Part shown: piece by piece, positions 17,842-27,059 of the stretch
Numbering within the stretch: the stretch's first letter is position 1
How the letters are laid out: each line of letters starts with the position of its first letter
The notes under the pieces: generated by a model
What the model was told of the DNA's origin: nothing
Database searches by the model: none
Seen by the model: the letters and a program-made list of their open reading frames with translations, nothing else
IMG/VR virus record: IMGVR_UViG_3300045988_159823
Location: 1-36,263 of that record
DNA length: 36,263 bases
DNA from: a virus
Lineage: Duplodnaviria > Heunggongvirae > Uroviricota > Caudoviricetes
Direction: 5' to 3' (one strand)
Made by a program: the position numbers and the translations under genes

Positions 17842-19575
17842 TTAAAGCGAGCGGATCCCATAGGACTCAATGTGGTCAGACAGCGTGTCTTCTTTCTCGT
17901 ACAGCATGGCTCTGCCAACCGCCATAATCAGCGCAACTGCACCATCGATTTTGTTTTCCGCCTGCTCTTTGACGGGCTTCACCACATCATCGTTACCCGG
18001 AATGGTTTTGCCGACCACGTTGCCGATACACCAGGTCATGATGGGATTGCCATCATGATGAAAGCGCCCCGATTCAATTGCCGCTTCCAGCTCTTTCATC
18101 GGGTCGGACATGTTGGTGTAGTTCTGAATGATAGTGATGGGGTTCAGGTCTTCATCAGCAAGGTCATGTGACAACCCGGTCGCCCCGAAGGGGTCGATGG
18201 GTGACTCACTGACCGGGCTGATTTTGTTCGCCGCTTTGGCCTCCTCGAGGATGTAGCGATAATCCACCTCCGCACCATCGGTAACGGTCAGAACGCCCAT
18301 TTCCACCCATTTCTGAAAGCGTTCGGCTGTCCGTCGATCTTCATTTTTCTCGACGCTGTACACCGTGTCATACGGTACCCAGAAACGCGGGGCCACACTG
18401 TAGTAATGCGTTTTACCGTCAATCTCGCGGGTATAAAGTCGCGCCATGCTGTTCATATCCAGCTTACGCGCCAGGTCAAAGGCCAGAATGCACGGCTGCC
18501 CCTCGAACTGCTCAAGGGTCAGTGATTTATCCTCGCAGCTCTGCCAGCTCACCAGGTTGAAATACGCCGAACGCGCCGACACCCAGATATTGAGGTGTTT
18601 TGTTTTAAAGACGTTTGCCAGACGGGCGTTATTTTTCGCACGCTGCTGCTGACTTAACAAAAATTCGCGATAAACCGACACGCCAATATTTGGATTGGCT
18701 TTTTCCAGCACCTGCGGGTCGGTCCAGTCGTCACCTTCATCAACGGTATAGATGATCCCGAACAGTTCATCGTTAGGCACCGAGCCGTTGAGCATCTCGA
18801 TGACTTCCCGCCGCTTGTCGTAGCACGGCCCCTCAATGTTGTACCCGGCGGTGGTGATGGCCCACATCAGTGGCTGACGTCGCGCCCCCATCCCGGTAAG
18901 CATCGTGGTGTAAAGCGCATCGGTGGCGTGCTCGTGATATTCATCCACCACAGCACAGTGGGGTGATGAACCATCACCGGGGTTACCGATCAGCGGTTCA
19001 AACCGCGCGCCATCCTCCGGACGGTTCATGTTTGAGGCGTTAACCTCAATCCCGAACGCTTCCGTCAGCATGGGTGTGCGTTTACACATCAGTCGCGCCG
19101 GGCGAAAGACTTCCCACGCCTGTTTCTCCGTCGTGGCACCGGAATACACTTCCGCGCCAAACTCGTTATCACAGGCAAAACAATACAGGGCGACACCGGC
19201 AGAGATTGCCGATTTGCCGTTCTTACGGGGGATTTCGGTATACACCTCCCGGAAGCGGCGCAGCCGGGTACCTTTATTGACCCAGCCAAACGCACAGCAG
19301 ATCACAAAGAGCTGCCACGGCTCCAGCGTGATGGGCATCCTCTTGAATGCCCACTCCCCCTTGGTGTGTGGCAACAGCTGAATAAATTTCGCGGCCCGTT
19401 CAGCCAGGTCCTTGTCGAAGCGGTAACGAAACGACTTACTTTTTTCCGCCATCAGGTCATCAAGATGGCGCTGGCAGGCCTGAATCACAAACTGGCAGGC
19501 CACAATCTTTCCGCGCACGACATCACGGGCATACTGATTGGCAGCATTTACGTTGGGGTAAGATTTCCGGCTCAT
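17842..19575 (-). CDS. terminase large subunit
   Basis: 577 aa with ATPase and nuclease halves; ATGA overlap with the small subunit gene. Confidence 0.9.
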   Translation of the reverse strand: MSRKSYPNVNAANQYARDVVRGKIVACQFVIQACQRHLDDLMAEKSKSFRYRFDKDLAERAAKFIQLLPHTKGEWAFKRMPITLEPWQLFVICCAFGWVNKGTRLRRFREVYTEIPRKNGKSAISAGVALYCFACDNEFGAEVYSGATTEKQAWEVFRPARLMCKRTPMLTEAFGIEVNASNMNRPEDGARFEPLIGNPGDGSSPHCAVVDEYHEHATDALYTTMLTGMGARRQPLMWAITTAGYNIEGPCYDKRREVIEMLNGSVPNDELFGIIYTVDEGDDWTDPQVLEKANPNIGVSVYREFLLSQQQRAKNNARLANVFKTKHLNIWVSARSAYFNLVSWQSCEDKSLTLEQFEGQPCILAFDLARKLDMNSMARLYTREIDGKTHYYSVAPRFWVPYDTVYSVEKNEDRRTAERFQKWVEMGVLTVTDGAEVDYRYILEEAKAANKISPVSESPIDPFGATGLSHDLADEDLNPITIIQNYTNMSDPMKELEAAIESGRFHHDGNPIMTWCIGNVVGKTIPGNDDVVKPVKEQAENKIDGAVALIMAVGRAMLYEKEDTLSDHIESYGIRSL

Positions 19576-20075
19576 GATTCGATGATTTTCAGAAACGGGT
19601 TAGTGGCTTTCTTCTGCCCCGCCAGGCCAATCAGACGCTGGCGGCTGCTGGGGTCGAGTCCGAGCATTGCCCCCGTGCTGCTCATCTCGGACTCCTGTTC
19701 TTTCTTGGCGGTCAGCTCCGGATTTTTGACCATGCCACCCATTGCACCGGTGATGGTGTTGCCCTGTCTGGCAATATTTTTCACGGCACACCGCCAGAAC
19801 TCGTAGGCCACGCACCACCGCTCAAGCACCGCGAGGTCAGTCACGCACAGCAGGCCCTGACCGCAGAGTTCTTTGGTTGTCAGTTGCCACATGATCGTGG
19901 CGAGAGGGAGATCTTCTTCAGCGAACCACTCCGGTGGCTCAACACCTTTGATGGGCGTAAAAACAGGTTCATCTTTATTCAGGGCTCGCTTGCCGGGGTT
20001 TCCGGCCAGCGCCTTGCGCGCCGTTGGCTTGGGGCGACGCCCGGAACGCCCCGCCGTTCCAGCCATATGCGGCAC
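19572..20075 (-). CDS. terminase small subunit (P27-like)
   Basis: 167 aa, basic N-terminus; directly upstream of the large subunit and downstream of the HNH gene. Confidence 0.75.
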   Translation of the reverse strand: MPHMAGTAGRSGRRPKPTARKALAGNPGKRALNKDEPVFTPIKGVEPPEWFAEEDLPLATIMWQLTTKELCGQGLLCVTDLAVLERWCVAYEFWRCAVKNIARQGNTITGAMGGMVKNPELTAKKEQESEMSSTGAMLGLDPSSRQRLIGLAGQKKATNPFLKIIES

Positions 20076-20191
20076 TCCTGGTTAAATTTCATTTTTCGCG
20101 GGTATAAAAAAACGATGGGGCGGGCAGTCCGGAAGACGTCAGGTCACAGGGATTTGACCCGCCCCTCCTCTCTGGCAGTGGGAACTGGTTC

Positions 20192-20542
20192 TTACTTCAG
20201 CCGTTCACGGGCCGTCTTCGCCTTATGACACGGCCAGCACAGGCTCTGCAGATTGCTGTCGGCATCAGTGCCGCCATGCGCTTTAGGGATGATGTGGTCA
20301 ACGGTTTTCGCCTCACGCACCACACCGGCACGCAGACATAACTGACATAAACCTTTGTCACGCTCCAGCACACGCGCGCGGATAACATCCCACTTCGAAC
20401 CGTAGCCGCGCTGATGACGGGATTGTCCTGGCTTGTATTGCTTCCAGCCTTCGCTTTTGTGGCTTTCGCAATAGCCTGACGGATCAGTAGTAGTATGGCG
20501 GCAACCGCGAACGCGGCAGGCTTTTGGGGTTCGTGGTGGCAT
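20192..20542 (-). CDS. HNH endonuclease (terminase-associated, cos-phage type)
   Basis: CxxC ... DHIIPKAHGGTDADSNLQSLCWPCH motif; start at internal Met preceded by GGAG. Confidence 0.8.
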   Translation of the reverse strand: MPPRTPKACRVRGCRHTTTDPSGYCESHKSEGWKQYKPGQSRHQRGYGSKWDVIRARVLERDKGLCQLCLRAGVVREAKTVDHIIPKAHGGTDADSNLQSLCWPCHKAKTARERLK

Positions 20543-20607
20543 GCTGGCTCCAATAAAAAGCCCCGCGACGCGAGGCTTAGACAGAAAAAACACCGGATAA
20601 GATCTGG

Positions 20608-20811
20608 TCATTCTTCCTTTTTAATAATGACTTCTCGAGGGCGCAATTGTTGGATAGCACGACAAATACAATATGGAATAACAGCCCATGCTACTCCCAT
20701 TGCTGCACCTGCAGCCTGTTGTGGAGCACTCTGAGCACCGAAAACCCCGAGGATTCCTTCAATAAATCCAATAGCACTACACAAAAGACTGATGGCCCAG
20801 AGAATTTTCAT
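20608..20811 (-). CDS. small hydrophobic protein, unknown function (AT-rich)
   Basis: 67 aa with two hydrophobic segments and a charged C-terminus; AT-rich patch 20600..20930. Confidence 0.4.
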   Translation of the reverse strand: MKILWAISLLCSAIGFIEGILGVFGAQSAPQQAAGAAMGVAWAVIPYCICRAIQQLRPREVIIKKEE

Positions 20812-20928
20812 AAACCCAAACTCCTTTTAAATAAACACATTACCAGGATAATTCTCATAAAATATTAGTAAAGTATTTTCAGGAAAATAGCGTATCACTG
20901 CCTATTTTTGACACTGATGCTGGGATAA

Positions 20929-21303
20929 TTATTCCGGTCGCTGGAGTTGCTCATGATGATACAGAGCGAGAATCAGGTCATAAGACCCTTGCCTGTCTTT
21001 GTAACCAGTTTTATCAACCAATTCAGCTTTACTGATTCCGGGTAAATCAAGAATCAGATTCGCAACTTCAATTGCCCTTTGGTACAACTTACCGCCCTTT
21101 TTCTCCCCATGCAGTGGTTTTACATTCTTGAGGTAACCGCTATCCGCCAGGGCGAGAAATGTTGTCCTTGGGCATATCTTCTTTCTTGACGATTCGCTTT
21201 CTGTAACCTCTGCGACAGCTGCATCCCATGCATCCCGAGGAGTCATTGAGCTATCAGCCACCAAATGATAAGCGATTAAAGCAACGTGAGCGTATTGAGA
21301 CAT
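20929..21303 (-). CDS. hypothetical protein downstream of the lysis cassette
   Basis: 124 aa from the internal ATG; the track ORF begins at a GTG that overlaps the Rz stop. Confidence 0.45.
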   Translation of the reverse strand: MSQYAHVALIAYHLVADSSMTPRDAWDAAVAEVTESESSRKKICPRTTFLALADSGYLKNVKPLHGEKKGGKLYQRAIEVANLILDLPGISKAELVDKTGYKDRQGSYDLILALYHHEQLQRPE

Positions 21304-21341
21304 AATGCATCCATATACAAAAATCTCATGATAAGACTTTT

Positions 21342-21785
21342 CTAATATGAACACTGTGATCTCACATATTCTTGCAGGCCATTCAATTGGTTAGTTATGG
21401 TTTCGATGCGCTCTCTGAGAACGAAATAATCCCGTTGAGCGGTGTCAGTAAGTCTGGGGCTGGAAGCATCATCCACGCCGGAGGCGGCGGTGGTTTTATC
21501 CTTGTCCGGGCAGACTGCTTTGACGTGCAGCCACTTACGACCAGCAGAAACATCAGCACAAAGACTTTCGATAGTCGCGTTAGCATCAACAAGCTCCTTT
21601 GTATATCTGGCATCGAGTTCAGCTACATCACGTTGACGCTTCTGCATGTCAGCGATAATGGATGCGGCCTTATCACGCTGCTTTTTGTAGGTGATGGCGT
21701 TATCACGGTAATGATTAACCGCCCATGACAGGCAGACGATGATGCAGATAACCAGAACGGAGATAATCGCGGTGACTCTGCTCAT
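21342..21785 (-). CDS. Rz: i-spanin Rz
   Basis: [34 protein letters not shown]... is nearly collinear with lambda Rz. Confidence 0.85.
   Translation of the reverse strand: MSRVTAIISVLVICIIVCLSWAVNHYRDNAITYKKQRDKAASIIADMQKRQRDVAELDARYTKELVDANATIESLCADVSAGRKWLHVKAVCPDKDKTTAASGVDDASSPRLTDTAQRDYFVLRERIETITNQLNGLQEYVRSQCSY
21395..21586 (-). CDS. Rz1: o-spanin Rz1 (embedded in the +1 frame of Rz)
   Basis: Lipobox LLVVSGC followed by TSKQ...[25 protein letters not shown], as in lambda Rz1. Confidence 0.8.
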   Translation of the reverse strand: MLTRLSKVFVLMFLLVVSGCTSKQSARTRIKPPPPPAWMMLPAPDLLTPLNGIISFSESASKP

Positions 21786-22258
21786 ACCTCAATCTCTCTG
21801 ACCGTTCCGCCCGCTTCTTTGAATTTTGCAATCAGGCTGTCAGTCTTATGCTCGAACTGACCATAACCAGCACCAGGCAATGAGGCCCAGATATTGCTGC
21901 AACGGTCGATTGCCTGACGGATGTCACCGCGATCAATCATTAGTAAAGCGCCACGCTCCTTAATCTGCTGCAATGCAACAGCATCCTGGCTTTTAGGAGA
22001 GAAGTCTGTCAGCCCTAACTGCTTGCGGTAAGCATCCCACCAGCGTGAAAGAAGTTGATAACGGCCTGCGGCTGTTGATTTGAGTTTCGGGTTTAGCGTG
22101 ACAAGTTTTCGAGGGTGATCGGAGTAATCAGTGAAGAGTTCGCCACCGACAATAACGTCATAACCGTGGTTACGTGTCGGTTGTCGCCCGTTATCCGTTC
22201 CTTCTGACCAGGCCACCATATCAAGGAAAGCTTTACGCTGAGGATTTAGTACCTGCAT
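21782..22258 (-). CDS. R: endolysin, lambda R-type lytic transglycosylase
   Basis: [64 protein letters not shown]... is highly similar to lambda R. Confidence 0.9.
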   Translation of the reverse strand: MQVLNPQRKAFLDMVAWSEGTDNGRQPTRNHGYDVIVGGELFTDYSDHPRKLVTLNPKLKSTAAGRYQLLSRWWDAYRKQLGLTDFSPKSQDAVALQQIKERGALLMIDRGDIRQAIDRCSNIWASLPGAGYGQFEHKTDSLIAKFKEAGGTVREIEV

Positions 22259-22261
22259 AAA

Positions 22262-22597
22262 TTACTCCTTCGAGCTACCAAATTTGTTACCGATTACTCG
22301 CATTGCAGCCCCACGAATAGCATCGACACCGATCAGCCCAACGCCGCCACCAATGGCAACAGAAAGAGATTTAGGCCATCCGACATACTCAAGAGCGGAT
22401 GCAAAAGTCAGCGTCAGAGCACCACAGAGCAAAATCTCGAGCGTTTTTCGCTTCCAGCCACCACCACCGCCAAAATAGGCAATGCGCAAGCCAGCCATAA
22501 CGATCGACATAATCACTGCGCCCAGCGGTGTGTCTCCACGCCACCAGCTCTGAAACAACTCCAGCCAGTCCGGCCAGGTATTTGGGTTATGAGGCAT
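22262..22597 (-). CDS. holin (putative)
   Basis: 111 aa with hydrophobic TM segments and a charged C-terminus, immediately upstream of the endolysin. Confidence 0.6.
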   Translation of the reverse strand: MPHNPNTWPDWLELFQSWWRGDTPLGAVIMSIVMAGLRIAYFGGGGGWKRKTLEILLCGALTLTFASALEYVGWPKSLSVAIGGGVGLIGVDAIRGAAMRVIGNKFGSSKE

Positions 22598-22749
22598 TTG
22601 TAGTTATCTCTCACCTCGCTGATACAGCAGGTGCAAATTGAGGAAACATCATGTTCCGCAAATCAGAAGCGGAAACGTCAAAGAAGCCGAGTCAAAGGAT
22701 AACTGCGAGATAAACCAAGCCCAACGAACAACCAGGCCCAGAAACGACA

Positions 22750-22771
22750 AAACCCGCTCATCGGCGGGTTT
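22750..22771 (-). terminator. tR'-like rho-independent terminator upstream of the holin
   Basis: Minus-sense hairpin AAACCCGC/GCGGGTTT followed by TTTTGTCGTTT, about 150 bp upstream of the holin start. Confidence 0.45.
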
Positions 22772-22863
22772 AAGCTGTGTGGCGAAGTAACCACTCTTAA
22801 CACATTACATGATAAAATGCGGACCGCGTTAGTAATATTTTTCTCATATATTGGGTTCACTAC

Positions 22864-23610
22864 ATGCGACATAATTTTTCTAAAGACACTATAAAAAAAT
22901 TAGCAGAGCGGGCAGCATTCATTTGTTCAAACCCTTCATGCCCTAGATTGACCATTGGCCCATCAATTGATGGCAATAAATCAATCAAGACAGGAGTTGC
23001 TGCTCACATATGTGCAGCATCTCCTGATGGCCCACGCTATGACATGTCACAATCAGAAACAGAAAGGAAGTCAATTAACAATGGCATATGGCTGTGTGCT
23101 ACTTGTTCTGTATTAATAGATAAGAATCAGGGGCTAGACTATCCGGCACCTGTATTAAGAAAATGGAAAAAAGATCATGAAAGCCTTATAAGCTCCTGTC
23201 TTGAAGGTTCGATTAATATTACCTTCGATGCTTTGAAATATATTCAACAGCATGATGAAAGAAATCTGGCAAAAAAGATTATAAATGAATTGGATGATAA
23301 AGGGGCTTTGTTCGTAGAATATCATCTTGAAAACCCCTGTTTTGTTGCCGAATCACTCAAAGAGTTAAGAACATGTTTGACCTCTTTGCTTTCTCAAATC
23401 CCAGATGAATCACCTCTATTTATCGTTTGCAAGTCAATTCGAGAAGCATGCCGTTATTATATGAACAACACTTCTAAAGACGCAGGGATTAAAGAGTTAG
23501 AATTTTCGTTGGGAGCTGTCAGAAAAATCGTAGGTATCAACGTTAAAAGAATATCAGAAACCTACGGGGTTAAACCTAGCCCACAATTATCTACCATAAT
23601 GCCAGATTAA
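22864..23610 (+). CDS. AT-rich cargo gene: HNH-nuclease-like N-terminal domain plus uncharacterized C-terminal domain
   Basis: CSNPSC ... AAHICAASPDGPRY ... NGIWLCATCS arrangement resembles an HNH zinc-finger nuclease core; encoded antisense to the late operon between Q and the holin. Confidence 0.6.
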   Translation: MRHNFSKDTIKKLAERAAFICSNPSCPRLTIGPSIDGNKSIKTGVAAHICAASPDGPRYDMSQSETERKSINNGIWLCATCSVLIDKNQGLDYPAPVLRKWKKDHESLISSCLEGSINITFDALKYIQQHDERNLAKKIINELDDKGALFVEYHLENPCFVAESLKELRTCLTSLLSQIPDESPLFIVCKSIREACRYYMNNTSKDAGIKELEFSLGAVRKIVGINVKRISETYGVKPSPQLSTIMPD

Positions 23611-23619
23611 ATCTGTTAC

Positions 23620-23650
23620 GCAGCAACAAAGTTAAACTCTATGTTGCTGC
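23620..23650 (+). terminator. hairpin terminator after the plus-strand cargo gene
   Basis: 9-bp inverted repeat GCAGCAACA / TGTTGCTGC with a 13-nt loop, followed by a T-rich stretch; lies in the 50-bp gap before the Q stop. Confidence 0.4.
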
Positions 23651-23660
23651 CTTAATTTTA

Positions 23661-24023
23661 TTACTCCATTTCTAAACGAATATCCAGCATCGAGAGACAA
23701 CCATCTATAAACCCTTCAGCCAACTGTATCTCTATACGTATCAATTTCTCATCTTTTTTGTATGCTTTTGCTATCTTCCTTTTCGAGATGCCATACAGGT
23801 AATGAGCCACAATCAGAGAGTGCTCATACGGTTTTCTCTTCTTAAGAAGAGCAAGACAACCTTCAATAATTAATGCATCACTATCTGAACAAGCCTGACG
23901 TGTTTTGCTTGTATAGGGAAGAAGCCCTTTAAACCCAGCAGCTATAGGAGAATAGTCTACTCCAGAACTATCACTCGCCGCCCATGCTCCCCAACGATCC
24001 AGAACCATCTGAATATCACGCAT
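23661..24023 (-). CDS. late antiterminator Q (QuuD / phage 82 Q-like)
   Basis: MRDIQMVLDRWGAWAA ... LDIRLEME closely resembles QuuD of the DLP12 prophage; start taken at internal Met 6. Confidence 0.8.
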   Translation of the reverse strand: MRDIQMVLDRWGAWAASDSSGVDYSPIAAGFKGLLPYTSKTRQACSDSDALIIEGCLALLKKRKPYEHSLIVAHYLYGISKRKIAKAYKKDEKLIRIEIQLAEGFIDGCLSMLDIRLEME

Positions 24024-24040
24024 CAACTTTCTCCGCAAAA

Positions 24041-25036
24041 TCAGGCCAGCACGCCAATTGCCAGCGCACGATCGATAAAACGAAATATCAGCTCCAGCTG
24101 GGAGCCATACTTCTCTTCAAATGCCACGGTATCCGCATGCAGCTCGTCGTGATGCTTTCTGCACAAAGGCAACACAAAGAGGTCATGCGCTTTTGTACCC
24201 ATTCCCCCCTGACCGTGGCCTATCAGGTGGTGGGGATCATCAGCAGGCTTACCACAACATGCACACGGCTGTGTCTTAACCCAGCGCGTGTACTTTTCAT
24301 TAACCCAGCGGCGACGTTTTGGGCGTAACATAAAAGACTCCGGCGACTCCGGATCCACTTTCAGCGCCAGCACCTTTTTTGCCTTATCCTGGATGATGCT
24401 GGTGGCAGGAACCGAAGGCACAAGGTCACTTTCCCGGGTGACAGACGGCACAACAGGCTTCGGTAATCTCAGTGCCTTACGGGCTGCACTTTCCGGTAAG
24501 GCACCCGCCAGGTCATTACGAATCAGCCACCAGCACAGTTCCGGCATTGTCACAGCGTGACTATCATCAAAACCGAGATCCCGACGCACAACAGACAACA
24601 CCCAGCGGGCACAGTTATCCGTTGCCATTGATTCCAGCCGTTCCGTGAACTGATCGCGCAGCTGGTTATCGCAGTGCCAGCACAGACGGATTGCGCCCGG
24701 CGCGTGTCGCATTGTGGTCATGTTCTCGCTGTGCCAGTCGGAATGAGGCCACTGGCAGCCTTTTTCACGAAGTAACCAGCTTTCAAGACATTCCACTCCA
24801 CCAGCACGACGAATCACTGCCTCATTGCGGAACACGGCCCGAACGGCAGGATCATCCGCCAGCGGTTGTGATGCCGCCGGAACGGCACCACTGGCGAAAG
24901 ATGAATAACGTTCCGGCTCAGGCTCCAGCAGGACACGCCCCTGCATAAACAAGGGCATCAGCTCTGAACCTGGTCTGAACAATACGATCCCCATACGCGG
25001 GGCAATTTCAGGGGTCAGTAGTGCTCTCACGGTCAC
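24041..25036 (-). CDS. DUF968-type protein (YdfU-like) with a C-terminal Cys/His HNH-like motif
   Basis: C-terminal CACCGKPADDPHHLIGHGQGG...LCRKHHDELH; position between KilA-N and Q. Confidence 0.55.
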   Translation of the reverse strand: MTVRALLTPEIAPRMGIVLFRPGSELMPLFMQGRVLLEPEPERYSSFASGAVPAASQPLADDPAVRAVFRNEAVIRRAGGVECLESWLLREKGCQWPHSDWHSENMTTMRHAPGAIRLCWHCDNQLRDQFTERLESMATDNCARWVLSVVRRDLGFDDSHAVTMPELCWWLIRNDLAGALPESAARKALRLPKPVVPSVTRESDLVPSVPATSIIQDKAKKVLALKVDPESPESFMLRPKRRRWVNEKYTRWVKTQPCACCGKPADDPHHLIGHGQGGMGTKAHDLFVLPLCRKHHDELHADTVAFEEKYGSQLELIFRFIDRALAIGVLA

Positions 25037-25037
25037 C

Positions 25038-25835
25038 TCAATGAACGGTATCGAGCAGCTTTAATAGCTCAGGGAATCGGGATTCGAAAAAGTGCGGCTG
25101 CGTCTCGCGCGGATTTGCGGGACTGGTGATGTTCTTGCCGAACATGCAGCCTTTCGCTGTTAGCGACCAGAATTTTTTGATGTTGTTAATCGCGGTACGG
25201 CTGTATCGTTCGCGCTGTTCGACGATCCCCAGCTTCACCATCTGGTGATATGCCTGATTAGCCGTAAGGCGGATACCATACTGCTTCAGCAGTGCACTCA
25301 ATGATAGCGTAGGGCGGCTTGAGCCATCGAGTGCATCAGCAGGAGCATCAATGGCATAGCGCGGTGCCAGATTCGGTAAGCCAACAGCCTCCTGAAGCTT
25401 CTGACAGGCTCCAAGCACTGATGAGTTAGACAGGTTTAATTCCCGGCGCATAAAGTCCAGCAGAATCACACCAGCCTGCATCTTGTCAGCAGCCTGTCCG
25501 GATAATTTTTCCGGTGCGCTGGTTACCATATCGAAAGTACGGATCACCTTCAGATGGAATGACGGGCTGATCCACATTGCATAGGCATACACCAGTTCTT
25601 TGCAGACATACGTCCCCTGGTTATTTCCGCCACGAATAACGTTAACTGGCTCTATATTGACCGAGTTGCAAATCTGCAACTCGCTTATTAAACGTTCAGT
25701 TTGCTCATTGCGGAGCCAGAATGCAGGCTTATGCTTATCCAGAGAACCGGCAGCCCTGTGCAGATCGTTCAGGCTGTAACGACCATAAGCATCACGACGA
25801 ACTTCAATACCATCAATGACCATCAGATTATTCAT
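25038..25835 (-). CDS. KilA-N domain protein (antirepressor-like)
   Basis: N-terminal MVIDGIEVRRDAYGRYSLNDLHRAAG... KilA-N signature. Confidence 0.65.
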   Translation of the reverse strand: MNNLMVIDGIEVRRDAYGRYSLNDLHRAAGSLDKHKPAFWLRNEQTERLISELQICNSVNIEPVNVIRGGNNQGTYVCKELVYAYAMWISPSFHLKVIRTFDMVTSAPEKLSGQAADKMQAGVILLDFMRRELNLSNSSVLGACQKLQEAVGLPNLAPRYAIDAPADALDGSSRPTLSLSALLKQYGIRLTANQAYHQMVKLGIVEQRERYSRTAINNIKKFWSLTAKGCMFGKNITSPANPRETQPHFFESRFPELLKLLDTVH

Positions 25836-25854
25836 ACTTCGTTTCTCCTCTTAA

Positions 25855-26244
25855 TCAGGCGGCTGCACCCGCCGGTTTCTCGTACTTACTGATAGTGATC
25901 TCGACCTTCCCTTCCGGGATAACCGGTCCCCACTCCACCAGCATTCTTTTCACCTGACTGTCGTCTTCCCACACACCCGCGTGGGTCAGGGCGTCAAACA
26001 GCGCCTTGTTATAGTTGTCCAGATCGCGGATCCGGTTATCCGGAGGAAACAACACGATCTCCACTGAAGCAGGTGCCGACGTTGGTTTCGGCAGACGACG
26101 TAACTGCTCAACTATTGCTGCACACGCCGCGCTCTGGAATTTGCGCCCCGCCGCGCTTATCAGGCTCTTACCTGCAAACGCCCCTTTGTTGGGGTGTCGC
26201 CAGTACGAGTTCACGCTGGGCGGGAAAGGCAGGATCAGCTTCAT
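25855..26244 (-). CDS. rusA: Holliday junction resolvase RusA
   Basis: LPFPPSVNSYWRH ... DLDNYNKALFDALTHAGVWEDDSQV matches the RusA family. Confidence 0.85.
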   Translation of the reverse strand: MKLILPFPPSVNSYWRHPNKGAFAGKSLISAAGRKFQSAACAAIVEQLRRLPKPTSAPASVEIVLFPPDNRIRDLDNYNKALFDALTHAGVWEDDSQVKRMLVEWGPVIPEGKVEITISKYEKPAGAAA

Positions 26245-26564
26245 ACTTTCAGGCCCCTCTCATGTAACCAGTGGGCTGCACGCAGCCTGCCGTTTTCCTC
26301 ACCGGCAAGCAGTGCGCGGATAATCCCGACCGCCTCGCTGTCGTCGTCCTTCACCGCGGTATGAAGCGTTATCCCCCGGGCCACGCCACGCTTTATCGTG
26401 ATGACGCCTTTTTTCTCCAGTGCGCGAAGATGCTCTACCGCTGCATTCACTGAACGGTATCCCAGCATGGTTGCCACCTCCTGATTGGTTGGCGGAAAGC
26501 CACGCTCTTTCTGATAAGAAATCAGCATATCCAGCACCTGCTGGCATTGAGTTAACGTCGTCAT
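26241..26564 (-). CDS. LexA N-terminal DNA-binding-domain homologue without the S24 autoprotease domain
   Basis: MTTLTQCQQVLDMLISYQKERGFPPTNQEVATMLGYRSVNAAVEHLRALEKKGVITIKRGVARGITL aligns with the LexA winged-helix domain; the ATG overlaps the upstream stop (TAATG). Confidence 0.65.
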   Translation of the reverse strand: MTTLTQCQQVLDMLISYQKERGFPPTNQEVATMLGYRSVNAAVEHLRALEKKGVITIKRGVARGITLHTAVKDDDSEAVGIIRALLAGEENGRLRAAHWLHERGLKV

Positions 26565-26779
26565 TAAGCCACCACGTAATTCCCTGACAGATACCACTCT
26601 TCACACGATGCAGCGCGCTTGCTGCTTTTCCGTAAGCACCGCTCACGACGCGCCAGAAAATTGTTTCGTTCTGGCTGGGAGTGGCTTTCACGGAATGCCG
26701 CCATCCACACGGTTGCAGCACGACGAAATAAGCCCCTGGACTCCAGTTCTTCCGCCTGGCGGGCCAGGCACAAAATCAC
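26564..26779 (-). CDS. PerC/ANR-like small regulator (start uncertain, possibly GTG)
   Basis: C-terminal AEELESRGLFRRAATVWMAAF resembles the PerC-family motif; the 5' part of the track ORF overlaps another ORF in a different frame. Confidence 0.35.
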   Translation of the reverse strand: MILCLARQAEELESRGLFRRAATVWMAAFRESHSQPERNNFLARRERCLRKSSKRAASCEEWYLSGNYVVA

Positions 26780-26825
26780 CCGCGGGTCGTTAGTGCCGAC
26801 ATAGAAATTGCGTACAGGTCTGGTT

Positions 26826-27059
26826 TCACGAACTGGTTGCCGTTCCGCCTCCGGCGATATCTTTGTCTGGCGCGGGAAATGTCTGCGTGTATCCCCCTTC
26901 ACAACGGTGAGCCACACGCCCACTCTGACGTAACTTGCTTGCTGACTGCAGAACGCGCTGCCGTGAGTAACCTGCAAAAGCATCAGCAATGTCTCCGGAA
27001 GTACACCCAGGATGGGCTTCAATGAATTTCTGAACTTCATTCAAAAGACTCATAATCAC
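26826..27059 (-). CDS. small protein translationally coupled to the O-like gene (possible winged-helix)
   Basis: 77-aa ORF whose ATG overlaps the replication gene stop (ATGA); N-terminus looks protein-like. Confidence 0.35.
   Translation of the reverse strand: MIMSLLNEVQKFIEAHPGCTSGDIADAFAGYSRQRVLQSASKLRQSGRVAHRCEGGYTQTFPAPDKDIAGGGTATSS

Noticed and set aside
26299-26721. 140-aa ORF overlapping the LexA-DBD-like and PerC-like genes
   Set aside because: Out-of-frame overlap with two better-supported genes; Arg/Gly-rich low-complexity translation
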